Source: an uncultured delta proteobacterium
Lineage (GTDB): Bacteria; Desulfobacterota; Desulfuromonadia; Geobacterales; Pseudopelobacteraceae
Direction of reading: 5' to 3'
Assembly: GCA_963772835.1 (NCBI GenBank)
Contig: CAVYYZ010000005.1
Coordinates: forward strand, 96,001-160,000
DNA length: 64,000 bases
Under the pieces are notes generated by a model. It saw nothing but the letters and a program-made list of their open reading frames with translations. It did no database searches and was not told where the DNA came from. Made by a program: the position numbers and the translations under genes. Shown piece by piece: positions 10,044 to 21,000 of this stretch. Every line of letters begins with the position of its first letter. Positions within the stretch are counted from its first letter, which is position 1.

Positions 10044-10982
10044 TCAGAAAATAAGCAGATGCAGCACACCGCGAATGAGAATTCCGATAACCGCACCTGC
10101 TATCGCAGGCCTGACAACAGAAGTACAGCGCGCACCGGCAGAAATTAAAACCGCCACCCCGACAATATCGCAGGGGTTGGTCAGAAAGCCGGCCATGCGG
10201 TTCAGTTCTTGAGTGGTGATCGCGCCTTCCTTGAGCAAATTGAGAGTAACACCCATCATCGCGGTACCACCGGCCAGATATTTGGTGGCCAGCGGCAACA
10301 CAGCCACAGCCGGAAAACCGATCAGGGAGAACAGCGGTGTCAGAGATGTTTCAAGCAGGGCAATGGCACCGGTTGCCTTGAGAAGGTTCACCAGAAAGAT
10401 TGCCAGAATCAGGATCGGTATGGCGCCCAGAATAACCTGGACGGCCTCCTGCCCACCGACAATCATCAGGTTAAGGGTAGTGCTCTTACCCGTTTTGCCC
10501 GGCGGGGAGACAAAACTGTCGGCATGTGATTCCTCATCACCGGCTGAACGGGCAAAAAGGTAATAGGTTAATGCGGCAGCCGTCAGCCCGCCGGCGAGAG
10601 ATGTCATCAGGATCACTCCCAGATTGAGGCCCACCGCCACCATGGGAAAAACCACATTTGCCTGGGACATGGTGAAAACCATTGCCAGTGTTGCGGCGAT
10701 ACGCCGCCGGGAAGTGCCGTCCTTCTCCATGATCGCCAGGGTTGCCAGCGGGGCGGCAAAACTGACAAACAGCAGTTGCATGATGGCAAAGGCCCCCGCT
10801 CCGGGAATGCCGAAGACCCGCAGTACCGGCTGAACAAGCCGTGCAACCAGCGCCAACAGGCCGCGCGCCTCGACAACCTTCATCAACGCCATCATGATCA
10901 CCAGAACCGGCAGCAGCACATACAGCGCCAATTCGAGAGCCGTTCGACCGGATAACAGCACAATTTTTATGAACTCTTCCAA
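10044..10982 (-). CDS. Nucleoside-recognition (Gate) domain membrane protein
   Basis: Highly hydrophobic with two repeated halves (ARLVQPVLRVFGIPG / ETSLTPLFSLIGFP), typical of Gate domains. Confidence 0.7.
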   Translation of the reverse strand: MEEFIKIVLLSGRTALELALYVLLPVLVIMMALMKVVEARGLLALVARLVQPVLRVFGIPGAGAFAIMQLLFVSFAAPLATLAIMEKDGTSRRRIAATLAMVFTMSQANVVFPMVAVGLNLGVILMTSLAGGLTAAALTYYLFARSAGDEESHADSFVSPPGKTGKSTTLNLMIVGGQEAVQVILGAIPILILAIFLVNLLKATGAIALLETSLTPLFSLIGFPAVAVLPLATKYLAGGTAMMGVTLNLLKEGAITTQELNRMAGFLTNPCDIVGVAVLISAGARCTSVVRPAIAGAVIGILIRGVLHLLIF

Positions 10983-11023
10983 ATTTCATCCTTCAATTCA
11001 AAATTCAAATTTCAAAATGTCCC

Positions 11024-13735
11024 TTACACCCACTCATCAATTGCAGTCATCAGCTTGCTGCAAATCTCGGTAAGTTTTTCGGGAGCTGTTATCTTATGCC
11101 CGAAAATGTCCCGGACATAGAATACGTCCGCTACCTGATCGACCTTGGTGGATATCTTGGAAACCCCGATATAAAGGCCCATTTCTGCCAGTGTGCTGGT
11201 AATCAGATACAGCAGTCCGACTTTGTCGTGAGTGAGTATATCGATGACGGTATACTCTTCAGAAACTTCGTTATCAATATCAACTTTGGTCGCGAACCGC
11301 GGCGCAGGGCGTACAGTCAGCAATGTCGGGCGTTTTCGTTTCGCAACCAGTGTTGAAACCCTGACTTCGCCATGTAGTACATGTCGCATGTCGTGCTCGA
11401 TCTTTTTCCAGCGGGCAGGGTCGGTGACCAGATTCCCCTGCGGAGAATTGACTTGCAGAATATCCAGCACTTTGCCGTTATTGCTGGTATTGATCTGAGC
11501 TCCCAGAATATTTATACCGTTTGCCGCCATGACGCCGGTAATCCGTGAAAAAAGTCCCGGCATGTCTCGGGCGCAGATGATGTACTCGGAATAGCCGCTC
11601 TCCGGTTGATGCGTCAGGCGCAGCAGGATATCGGACTGTTCCAGACCGAGTAACAGGCGGACATGTTCCGCCAGCAACTGGTACGGATTGGAAAGGAGGA
11701 GCCGCACCGGCATTGCTTTCAGTTCGAAAAGGATTTCTGCAGAGGGAAGTTCGTTTTCAAGAATATCCGTAACTTTTTTGATAACGGAAGTTACCCGCTC
11801 GCTGCTGGCCTCCTGCTGGAATCCTCCCCGGTCGAGAATACCGAATGCTTTTTCGTACAATTCCTGAAAGAGCGAGGCCTTCCAGGTCGTCCAGACGTCC
11901 GAGCCAACCGCCCGAACGTCAGCAATCGTAAGCAGATAGAGCATTTTTAGATTTTCACTGGTCTTCATCTGACGGGCAAACTGTACGATCATTTTTTCAT
12001 CATTCAGATCGCGACGCTGTGAAATATGGGCAAACAGCAGATGCTGACGAACGAGAAATTCAAGCCGTTCGCTCTCCTCCCTGGAAAGTCCCATCCGGGT
12101 GGCGATATTCGGGATCATGGCGCCCCCCTTCTCGGCATGCCCCCCTCCCGACCCCTTGCCGATGTCATGAAAGAGCACCGCCAGCATCAGCAACTCCGGT
12201 TTTCCGATCTCGGAAGCGATCCGGCAGGGGAGCGGCATACCCGCCTTAAGTTCTCCACTCAGCATCTTTTCTGCCTGCTCAACGGCAAAAAGTGTATGTA
12301 TATCAACTGTGTAGATGTGGTACATGTCGTGTTGAACCTTGCAGTAGATATACTCGAGTTCCGGTATATAACGATTCAAAAATTCCAGGTGATGCATCAG
12401 ACGCAATGTATCGGCAACGCCCTTGGTAGAACGGAGAATATTAAGAAATGACTGATTTACTTCGATGTTGCGACGAAATTTATCGTTAATAAGCGCCAGA
12501 TTCTTCCTGACAACCCCTTTGACCCGCACACTGAGGGTAACACCATGTTTTTGAGCCAATTCGAAGAACTTCATCATGATACCCGGATTTCCTTCAACGA
12601 TTGACTCATCCGGAACTATTAATTCCCCCTTAATCACGAAGCAGCCGTCCCCTACCGGTCTGCGCACAAAATAGCCCAGTATCTTCAGAGCGCCCTCATC
12701 GCGCCAGACACAGCGGGAAATGAGACTTGAGGTGAAATGTTCAACCTTGTTGGCCTGGCGGTAGTAATCCCTCATAAAATCTTCCACCGCCAGCACCAGT
12801 ACGCCGTCCTCATACCCTAAAAAACCGGCCAGATGTACCTGGGCATCAAAGGTCAACTGATCATTTTTGCGGCCGTTAAAATAATGCAGCTCATTTCGGA
12901 TGCGCCACAGGTAGTCGAGCGCCGCATGATACGTCTCCAGTTCTTCATCATCCAGGATCCCTTTGATGATAAGTTCACGCAGATCGGAAAACTTGTACTT
13001 GACCCGGGCTACCCAGATGGCGGTCTGCAGATCACGAAGGCCGCCTTCCCCCTCTTTCAGGTTCGGTTCGAGCAGATATACCGTAGAGCCGTACTTCTCA
13101 CGACGGTTTTTCATGTCAGCAACTTTTTCCTTTATGAATGAGTCACTTGATTTGGGCAGAATCTGGCTGAAAATAACCTTGGTGAGAGAAGCGAACAACG
13201 GGCGGCTTCCGGAAAGAAAACGGGCATCCATTAATGCGGTCTTGACGGTGCCGTCAGCCGATGCCATTTCAATACAATCTGCAATCATACGCACCGAATA
13301 ACCGACATCCAGCCGTATATCCCACAGGAAATAGAGCAGTTTCTGAGCGATGTCCTCAACTGTTGCTACGGGGAGAACACCGTCATGCAGAAACATGATA
13401 TCGATATCGGAAAAGGGATTCAGTTCTCCGCGGCCATATCCTCCCACCGCCACCAGGGATACATGTTCCAGCATGGCATCACCGCCGCCCAGGTCATAAA
13501 CGATAGAGAGGAAGAGTTTGTTGTTCAACCCATCCATCATATCGCTCAGCAGGTGGGTGATTTCGCTACCGCTTTCTCCTCCCAGATGCAGCTGCTTAAT
13601 CTCTTCACGATACTTTGCCAGAAAATTCTTACAGCCGGAAAGATACAGCGGACGCTTTTCATCAAAACCTGCCATTCCGGCATCGCCAACAGCATCAATT
13701 GTATCGGGAAAATAAGGGTCAATAAAAAACTGCAT
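11024..13735 (-). CDS. glnD: [Protein-PII] uridylyltransferase
   Basis: AVGGYGRGELNPFSDID, EPNLKEGEGGLRD, HIYTVDIH, FHDIGKG, two C-terminal ACT domains. Confidence 0.96.
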   Translation of the reverse strand: MQFFIDPYFPDTIDAVGDAGMAGFDEKRPLYLSGCKNFLAKYREEIKQLHLGGESGSEITHLLSDMMDGLNNKLFLSIVYDLGGGDAMLEHVSLVAVGGYGRGELNPFSDIDIMFLHDGVLPVATVEDIAQKLLYFLWDIRLDVGYSVRMIADCIEMASADGTVKTALMDARFLSGSRPLFASLTKVIFSQILPKSSDSFIKEKVADMKNRREKYGSTVYLLEPNLKEGEGGLRDLQTAIWVARVKYKFSDLRELIIKGILDDEELETYHAALDYLWRIRNELHYFNGRKNDQLTFDAQVHLAGFLGYEDGVLVLAVEDFMRDYYRQANKVEHFTSSLISRCVWRDEGALKILGYFVRRPVGDGCFVIKGELIVPDESIVEGNPGIMMKFFELAQKHGVTLSVRVKGVVRKNLALINDKFRRNIEVNQSFLNILRSTKGVADTLRLMHHLEFLNRYIPELEYIYCKVQHDMYHIYTVDIHTLFAVEQAEKMLSGELKAGMPLPCRIASEIGKPELLMLAVLFHDIGKGSGGGHAEKGGAMIPNIATRMGLSREESERLEFLVRQHLLFAHISQRRDLNDEKMIVQFARQMKTSENLKMLYLLTIADVRAVGSDVWTTWKASLFQELYEKAFGILDRGGFQQEASSERVTSVIKKVTDILENELPSAEILFELKAMPVRLLLSNPYQLLAEHVRLLLGLEQSDILLRLTHQPESGYSEYIICARDMPGLFSRITGVMAANGINILGAQINTSNNGKVLDILQVNSPQGNLVTDPARWKKIEHDMRHVLHGEVRVSTLVAKRKRPTLLTVRPAPRFATKVDIDNEVSEEYTVIDILTHDKVGLLYLITSTLAEMGLYIGVSKISTKVDQVADVFYVRDIFGHKITAPEKLTEICSKLMTAIDEWV

Positions 13736-13781
13736 TCATGTTCCTCGTGAAGCGGCATGTGGTGGAATCGGTCGGGTGCGG

Positions 13782-13810
13782 ATTATACGACAGACGATCG
13801 AACGAGTCAA
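13782..13810 (-). promoter_or_regulatory. sigma-70 promoter of glnD
   Basis: TTGACT-N17-TATAAT on the minus strand, about 47 nt upstream of the ATG. Confidence 0.75.
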
Positions 13811-14074
13811 AAGCAATAGCACACTACGAAACAACTTTAATCGTCATACCCCGTTATGTTACTGTGGCACGATTGAAAGTCCTGTTTTGCAGTAAATACG
13901 ATGTTCACCACGATGACACGACTTTCGCGAAAAGACCCGAGGTATGAACAGAAACAACGCAAACCCGGCTATAAAATCATACTGACTGTTTTGGTACCGC
14001 CCATCTTAACGAGCTTATACGTGCACAGTGTGTAAGGATACGTTAATTCATTACCGGCTTCAGGGGAATATATT

Positions 14075-15325
14075 GTGACCAAAGATACCGGACATCCCCG
14101 TCATACTTCTTCGCTTCACTATGGCTGGGTCATTGCCGGTGTCGGCTTTCTTATCATTTTTGCATGCATCGGCCTGGCACGGTATGCATTCACCATGCTG
14201 CTCCCCTCCATGCAAACCGGTCTTGGTCTCAACTATGACCGTATGGGCTTCATCGGCACCGGCAACTTTTGTGGCTATCTGATTTCGGTTGTGATGGCTC
14301 CCCGCCTGATCAGGCGCTTCAAACCGCGGGCCGTCATCACTGGCGGCATGATACTGATTACCCTGTCGCTGTTCGGAATCAGCGTCAGCCACGGCTTTTA
14401 CATTCCGCTGATTCTTTACTTCCTGGTCGGCATGGGCACCGGTTTCGCCAACATCCCCACCATGGCCCTGATCAGCTACTGGTTCCGTAGCGACCAGCGC
14501 GGAAAGGCTGCCGGACTTATAGTCGGCGGTAGCGGCGCCGCTATCGTTCTTGCAGGGATGCTGGTGCCACTCCTCAACCGAAGTTTCGGGGAGGATGGGT
14601 GGCGAGCCAGCTGGCTGCTGCTGGGAATCATCGCCCTTATCGTAACGATTCTCGCCACATGGCTGGTGCGCAATCATCCGTCGGAAAAGGGCCTGGAACC
14701 ACATGGCAGAGCAACGTCGCCACCCGCTGGTCAATCAACTTCACGGGAGCAAAAAGGTGACGGAGCAGTACTGACTCGACTGGGACTTCTTTACCTTGCC
14801 TTCGGTGCCACCTTTATGGTCTACGGTACGTTTATTGTCACCACCATGGTGCGCGAATACGGATTCAGCGAGTCAAAAGCAGGTATGTACTGGTCATGGG
14901 TCGGATTCTTCAGTCTCTTTTCCGGCGTTACTTTCGGCATACTTTCAGACCGGATCGGACGCAAAAAGGGGGTGGCATTGGTGTTTACCCTGCAGAGTAT
15001 TGCGTATCTTCTGGCGGGTTTCAAAGTCGGCTACGCCGGCTTACTGATTTCCGTTGTACTCTACGGATCGACAGTCTTTGCCATACCGGCTATCATGGCA
15101 GCTGCTGTGGCGGATTACCTGGGGTTATCGCGCGCTGCCGCCGCATTTTCAACAATCACCATCTTCTTTGCAGCCGGACAGACTGTCGGTCCGGCTCTGG
15201 CAGGTGTAATCGGCAATGCTACAGGCAGTTTTACGGGCGCCTACCTGCTGGCGGCACTGATTACCGCCTTCGCAGCGGCCTATGCCCTCTTTCTTCCCCG
15301 GCCCGGCCACTCCCTGCACGACTGA
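14075..15325 (+). CDS. MFS transporter (YbfB/YjiJ-like)
   Basis: About 12 TM segments, GLARYAFTMLLPSM, GILSDRIGRK motif A. Confidence 0.88.
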   Translation: MTKDTGHPRHTSSLHYGWVIAGVGFLIIFACIGLARYAFTMLLPSMQTGLGLNYDRMGFIGTGNFCGYLISVVMAPRLIRRFKPRAVITGGMILITLSLFGISVSHGFYIPLILYFLVGMGTGFANIPTMALISYWFRSDQRGKAAGLIVGGSGAAIVLAGMLVPLLNRSFGEDGWRASWLLLGIIALIVTILATWLVRNHPSEKGLEPHGRATSPPAGQSTSREQKGDGAVLTRLGLLYLAFGATFMVYGTFIVTTMVREYGFSESKAGMYWSWVGFFSLFSGVTFGILSDRIGRKKGVALVFTLQSIAYLLAGFKVGYAGLLISVVLYGSTVFAIPAIMAAAVADYLGLSRAAAAFSTITIFFAAGQTVGPALAGVIGNATGSFTGAYLLAALITAFAAAYALFLPRPGHSLHD

Positions 15326-15447
15326 ACGACAACTGCCCCAACAGATCAGACGGCAGCATTTCCATTCACTATTGTGAAATACAATAATGAGATATTGTAT
15401 AAATCTGAAAGGTGGCAGATACTTTTCCAATGAGAAAGGCAACGAAT

Positions 15448-15873
15448 ATGAGCACACTCAACTGGTCGGACGATTACAGCGTCGGCATCCCTACCATCGA
15501 TAATGAACACAAACTGCTCGTCTCACTGGTTAATGATATGAGCCGTGCGCTTGATACTCACAGGGAGTTTCAGTCCCAGATTATCGGCGATATACTGAAC
15601 ACACTGGTCCACTGCATACACAGTCACTTTGAGTCGGAAGAGCATTTCCTATTGTCAAACGACTATCCCGAATACAGCGCCCACAAGGCCGAGCACACCA
15701 TTCTACGTGAACGGCTGGAGCGCTTCGAAAAACGTTTCAGGGCTGAAAACGTTTCCTTTACCGAAGATATGCTGCTGTACCTGAAAGACTGGCTGGTCCG
15801 GCACATCATTCTGCACGACTGCAAGTTCGGCAGTTATTTCCGGAATAAGGGGACGACCACCCACTTCGAATAA
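15448..15873 (+). CDS. Bacteriohemerythrin
   Basis: WSDDYSVGIPTIDNEHK, HFESEE, HKAEH, WLVRHIILHD di-iron ligand pattern. Confidence 0.92.
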   Translation: MSTLNWSDDYSVGIPTIDNEHKLLVSLVNDMSRALDTHREFQSQIIGDILNTLVHCIHSHFESEEHFLLSNDYPEYSAHKAEHTILRERLERFEKRFRAENVSFTEDMLLYLKDWLVRHIILHDCKFGSYFRNKGTTTHFE

Positions 15874-15953
15874 ACTCATCTTCGGCACCCTTTCAAACAA
15901 CATCCCATGAAGATACTTGCCTCCTTGCTCTTGTTTCATTCATACTGGGTGCC

Positions 15954-16973
15954 ATGCGTATAGCCTTGATCTCCCCGTTCTCCAGCGGCCCCGTGAGGGG
16001 CAACATCACAACCGTCAACCGCATCAGCCGCTTCCTTCGTCTGGGCGGAGTGGAACTGCTTGTCCTGTCGGTCGATACCCTTTCATCGTCAGAAATGGAA
16101 CTGCAGCTCCGCTCCTTCTCTCCCCACTTGATCCACAGCTTTCATGCTCACTACTGCGGCCGGATCGCGTACCGCCTGTCAGTTCGTTTAAATCTGCCGT
16201 TTGCGATCACCATAACCGGCAGCGATTTGCACAATCCACTGATGCGGGTCAATCCGGATACGATTCGCGCAATAGAGGCAGCGAATGCCGTGGTCTGTTT
16301 CGATGACAACGGGGCCGCAGAACTGGCCAATCATTTTCCGCGGGCTGCGAATCGGGTTACTGTAATCTCCCAGGGAGTCGAAGCGATTCCTTATATTGCA
16401 GCAGACAGCCCCGAATTTGCTGAGAACGCATTTGTACTGCTCTTACCTGCTGCTCTCAGGCCGGTCAAGCAGATTGAATTCCCGCTGCAGGCGCTGGCAT
16501 CTGTGGGATCCCGGCTTCCGGCTGTTCGGCTGGCAATAGCGGGTGGGATCATCGACAATGAATACGCAGCCGCTATTTTCAGAATGCTCCGCAATGCTCC
16601 GCATGGGATATGGCTCGGCGAAATTCCCCATGAACGTATGGGTGCCCTCTATGCCCGCGCCGATGTTGTGCTGAATTGTTCAGCCTCCGAGTCAATGCCT
16701 AACACGCTTCTGGAGGCAATGGCTCTGGATCGGCCGGTGTTAGCGATGGATATATCCGGCAACCGGACCCTTGTCAGCCATGGCAATACCGGCCTGTTGT
16801 ACCGGGACCAGAACTCCTTCATTGAATGTGTTACCAGATTGGAAAGTGACGCCGGACTGCGGACTGCCCTGGGACAGCGAGCAGGAGAATTTGTACGCGG
16901 CTTCTTTTCACCACAGAAGGAAGCGGAAGCGTACATCCGCCTGTTTCAGACATTGACAGGTCACAGATCGTGA
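15954..16973 (+). CDS. GT-B fold family 4 glycosyltransferase (SenB/GLT1D1-like N-terminus)
   Basis: GNITTVNRI, ITGSD, RPVKQ, EX7E motif SESMPNTLLEAMA. Confidence 0.85.
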   Translation: MRIALISPFSSGPVRGNITTVNRISRFLRLGGVELLVLSVDTLSSSEMELQLRSFSPHLIHSFHAHYCGRIAYRLSVRLNLPFAITITGSDLHNPLMRVNPDTIRAIEAANAVVCFDDNGAAELANHFPRAANRVTVISQGVEAIPYIAADSPEFAENAFVLLLPAALRPVKQIEFPLQALASVGSRLPAVRLAIAGGIIDNEYAAAIFRMLRNAPHGIWLGEIPHERMGALYARADVVLNCSASESMPNTLLEAMALDRPVLAMDISGNRTLVSHGNTGLLYRDQNSFIECVTRLESDAGLRTALGQRAGEFVRGFFSPQKEAEAYIRLFQTLTGHRS

Positions 16974-17012
16974 CGTATCTATTCGAAAAAACAAGGGGAG
17001 GTCAGGAGCGCA

Positions 17013-17243
17013 ATGACAGGTAAAACGAATCAAGACCCCCTGCAGGGTGTTACCTTACTGATGATACTTTCCGAACTGGTAGTGCGTTACGGCTGGGAGG
17101 AGATGGGAAAGACAATCGATATCCGCTGTTTTACTCATGATCCAAGCATCTCTTCCAGCCTGAAATTTTTGAGAAGGACACCATGGGCCAGAGACAGGGT
17201 AGAGGAGATGTATCTGCGCTGGAAGATAGAGTCCTCTGGATAA
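17013..17243 (+). CDS. VF530/DUF2132 family small protein
   Basis: DPLQGVTL...YGWEEM...CFTHDPSISSSLKFLRRTPWARDRVE. Confidence 0.9.
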   Translation: MTGKTNQDPLQGVTLLMILSELVVRYGWEEMGKTIDIRCFTHDPSISSSLKFLRRTPWARDRVEEMYLRWKIESSG

Positions 17244-17326
17244 CGGCATTTAAGTAGGGTGGTATTGTATCTGCTGAAAAAGCCGCTTCCATGAATGCGG
17301 GGAGGATAACTGCCGGACTTCCGTTA

Positions 17327-17734
17327 TCAAATCAGATGGCAACTGAAGCAGAGAGCGCTGCCTCCATTGTCAACGATCAGATAGAATTTTGTCGATTTTT
17401 TCAGGTCGTGGCATGAGACACAGCTCACCATGCCGTTGAACAGTCGAATTCCTTTTGCCTGTAATGATTCTGCCGGCGCGTAGGAGTTTTCCTTCGAACG
17501 GGGGGGGTACTCCTTGAAAATGGAGTGCGGAGTTGCAAAACCGCAGTCAACTGTACAAAAGCGGGCTTGTCGGGCAGTGACACCATTATGGCAGACAATA
17601 CAATCATTCGGTCCGCCATCATTATCAATAATCTGTCCGTAATGAACAACCTGCTCAGAGGAAATTCCAGCCTTCAGAAAAATCAACAGTAAAGCGATCA
17701 GAACAGAAGCTGTAATCAACGCCATGATCCTCAT
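17327..17734 (-). CDS. Periplasmic triheme c-type cytochrome (doubled-CXXCH type)
   Basis: Signal peptide; CIVCH, CVSCH, CFSCH. Confidence 0.88.
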   Translation of the reverse strand: MRIMALITASVLIALLLIFLKAGISSEQVVHYGQIIDNDGGPNDCIVCHNGVTARQARFCTVDCGFATPHSIFKEYPPRSKENSYAPAESLQAKGIRLFNGMVSCVSCHDLKKSTKFYLIVDNGGSALCFSCHLI

Positions 17735-17792
17735 AAACCCCGCCTTGTTACAGTACAGTAAGGTACGGATATGTTCAGTTTATGTAATCACA

Positions 17793-17808
17793 AGCAACCG
17801 GCGTACCA
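17793..17808 (-). promoter_or_regulatory. sigma-54 (-24/-12) promoter of the triheme cytochrome
   Basis: TGGTAC-GCCGG-TTGCT, GG-N10-GC spacing, about 60 nt upstream of the ATG. Confidence 0.75.
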
Positions 17809-17986
17809 ATCGTTAACATGCTAAAGTTATGATACTATTTCTATGTGCCCTGCGATTCGATGGCATTAAGTGTACGTTCCTCCGACAGATTTGATACAAA
17901 TTTTACAGCGCGGCATCCCGGTCCGGCAGCCGGCCGGTTGCTTGACGAGAACCTCGCATTTTCAATCACATGTAGCAGAAGCTCAC

Positions 17987-18018
17987 AACGCCCCGCCTCA
18001 TTTCTGAAGCGGAGCGCT
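17987..18018 (-). terminator. Stem-loop downstream of pyc
   Basis: AGCGCTCCGCTTCA-GAAA-TGAGGCGGGGCGTT, a 14-bp stem with G-U pairs valid on the minus strand; weak U tract. Confidence 0.55.
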
Positions 18019-18041
18019 GGTTTTTTTCGAGTCAAAAAAAT

Positions 18042-21000
18042 TTATTCCGCTATGATAATAACCAGATCTTCCTTCTCGACTTTGTCACCTTCTTTAAACT
18101 TTACATCCGCAACCGCACCATCGGCTTTGGCCTTGATGTTGGTCTCCATCTTCATCGCCTCGGTAACCATCAGGACATCTCCCGATTTAATGATATCTCC
18201 AGGCTTGACGTTAACCTTCAACACCTTGCCCGGCATCGGGGCCGCAATGTGGCTGGGATTTCCCTTTTCAGCCTTCTCCCGTACCATCTGGTCGCTTTGA
18301 ACAGACTGATCACGGATAACAACCGAACGATTGTTTCCGTTCAACTCGAAATATACAGCGCGGGTACCGTCACTCTGAACCCTTCCGACTGTATTGAGCT
18401 TGATGATAAGGGTTTTGCCCGGCTCTATATCCAGAGAGGTCTCCTGGCCCGGTTCAAGACCATAGAAGAAGATCGGAGTCGGAATAACGGAGGTATCGGA
18501 AAACTCCTGTCGATGCCGGTCGAATTCCGGGTAAACATTCGGATATAAAATGGAGGATATCAGCGTCCTGTCGTCGACACGGTGGCCGAGCTTCTCCTCC
18601 AGCTTCAGTTTTTCCTCTTCAAAATCAACCGGCTCAAGCAGTTCCCCGGGGCGGCAGGTAATGGGCTGTTCCCCTTTGAGGATAATTTTCTGGAGCTCCT
18701 GAGGCCATCCCTGGTACGGCTGGCCGAGCATCCCTTTGAACATACCGACGACCGATTCGGGAAAAGCAAGATCCTCTTTGGAGGTAAAGACATCCTCCGG
18801 TTCCAGATTGTTTTTGACAAGAAACATGGACATATCGCCGACAACTTTTGAGGATGGTGTGACCTTAACAATATCCCCGAACATCATGTTTACCTTGTGG
18901 TACATCTCCTTGCAGTCATCCCAGCGCTCAATCAAACCCAGACCGGCAACCTGCGGTTTGTAGTTTGAATACTGACCCCCCGGGATTTCGTGGTGATATA
19001 CCTCGGCAGTACCGCTCTTGAGACCGGACTCGAAGGGTGAATAGTAATCACGTACCGTCTCCCAATAGTTGGCAAGTTTCTGCAGACCCGGTGCGTTGAC
19101 CAGAGGATCCCGCTCAGACCCTTCCAGGGTTGCAACCAGAGCGTTCAGGTTAGGCTGTGCGGTGAGACCTGACAGTGAAGAAAGTGCTGCATCAACGATA
19201 TCTACACCGGCTTCACTGGCCTTGAGCAGCATGGCGCTGCCGTTTGAAGAGGTGTCGTGGGTATGAAGATGAATCGGAATGCCGATATTTTCTTTAAGCG
19301 CCTTGACCAGCTTGTAGGCCGCAAGCGGCTTAAGCAGGCCGGCCATATCTTTGATTGCCAGAATATGGGCACCCATCTTCTCAAGCTCTTTCGCCATGTT
19401 GACATAGTACTCAAGCGGATACTTGTCCCGTTTCGGATCGGTGATGTCGCCGGTATAGCAGATTGCCGCTTCACAGATCTTTCCCGAACGGCGCACCGAA
19501 TCCATCGCGACCTTCATGCCGGTTGTCCAGTTGAGTGAGTCGAATATGCGAAAGACATCGACACCGGAGTCGGCGGCCTCTTCAACAAACTTTTGCACGA
19601 CATTATCAGGATAATTGGTATAGCCGACCGCGTTAGAACCGCGCAGAAGCATCTGAAACAGGATGTTGGGAATAAGCTCCGACAGTTTATGCAGACGCTG
19701 CCACGGATCCTCCTTCAAAAAACGCATCGAAACGTCAAACGTTGCCCCCCCCCAGCACTCCAGTGAAAACAGGTCGGCACCCAGATAGGAGGTTGGTTCG
19801 GCGATCTTGAGGAGGTCATAGCTGCGCACACGGGTTGCCAGATTGGACTGGTGGGCATCGCGCATGGTAGTGTCGGTAATCAGCAGTTTTTTCTGTTCAA
19901 GAATCCACCTGGAGAGCCCCTCTGCCCCCAATTGCATGAATAGATCCTTGCTGCCTGCCGGACGCGGTCTGTTTGAATCGACATGGGGAACGCGGGCTTC
20001 AATCAACTCTGCTGACTTGAGCGGTTTCGCGACACCGGGTGAACCGTTAACAATAACCTCTCCCAGAAAATTCAGCACTTTACTGGCTCGGTCCTGTTTC
20101 TCTCTGAAGCGAAGCAGCTCAGGGTGCTTTTCAATAAAGGATGTATCGCACTGTCCGCGGAGAAAGACCGGATGAGTGATGACGTTTTCGAGAAATCCTA
20201 TATTGGTCTTGACCCCGCGTACACGGAATTCCTGCAGGGCACGATTCATGATATTGGCGGCCTCTGAAAATGAGAGCCCCCATGCGCAGATCTTAACCAG
20301 TAATGAGTCGTAATGAGGGGTTATCTTGGCACCGGTAAAAGCATTACCGGCATCCAGGCGCACACCAAAGCCGGCAGCAGATCGGTAGGTAGTCAGTGTT
20401 CCAAAATCCGGAGCAAAATTATTAGCCGGGTCTTCAGTAGTAATACGGCACTGAATTGCGTAGCCACGCATATCGATGGCACTCTGCGAAGGTATATTTA
20501 TCTCGGGATCAGAAAGTTTGTGCCCACAGGCGACCAGGATCTGGTTCTGTACCAGATTGCGACCGGTAATCATTTCAGTCACAGTATGCTCAACCTGAAT
20601 CCGGGGGTTCATCTCGATAAAATAATGTTTGCCTTCGCTGTCCACAAGAAATTCAATAGTACCGGCATTACGGTATTTTACGTGTCCGGCAATTTTGAGC
20701 GCCGCCGTACAGAGCTCCTCCCGCTGGGCCCGTGTCAGGGAGAGTGACGGTGCAAATTCGACCACTTTCTGATGACGCCTTTGAACAGAGCAATCCCTGT
20801 CGAAAAAGTGAACCAGATTGCCGTAGTTATCTCCAAGGACCTGAACTTCTATATGTTTCGGATGTGCCAGGTAGCGCTCCAGAAAAATTTCGGGGTTACC
20901 GAAGGAAGCCCTGGCCTCGCTGCTGGCTGCAACGAGGCCCTCAAGCAGCTCCTTTTTGTTGTTGGCCACGCGCATTCCGCGACCACCACCACCTGCGGAT

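Noticed and set aside
9860..10096. 78-aa minus-strand ORF in the track
   Set aside because: The plus-strand 42-aa ORF has a much better RBS and protein-like composition
10992..11018. TTCAAAA-like heptamer run
   Set aside because: Only 3-4 degenerate copies; low-complexity intergenic sequence
14060..14734. 224-aa minus-strand ORF, and similar long antisense ORFs at 42310-42969, 44514-45215 and 47554-48111
   Set aside because: They lie opposite well-supported genes and have no recognisable domain
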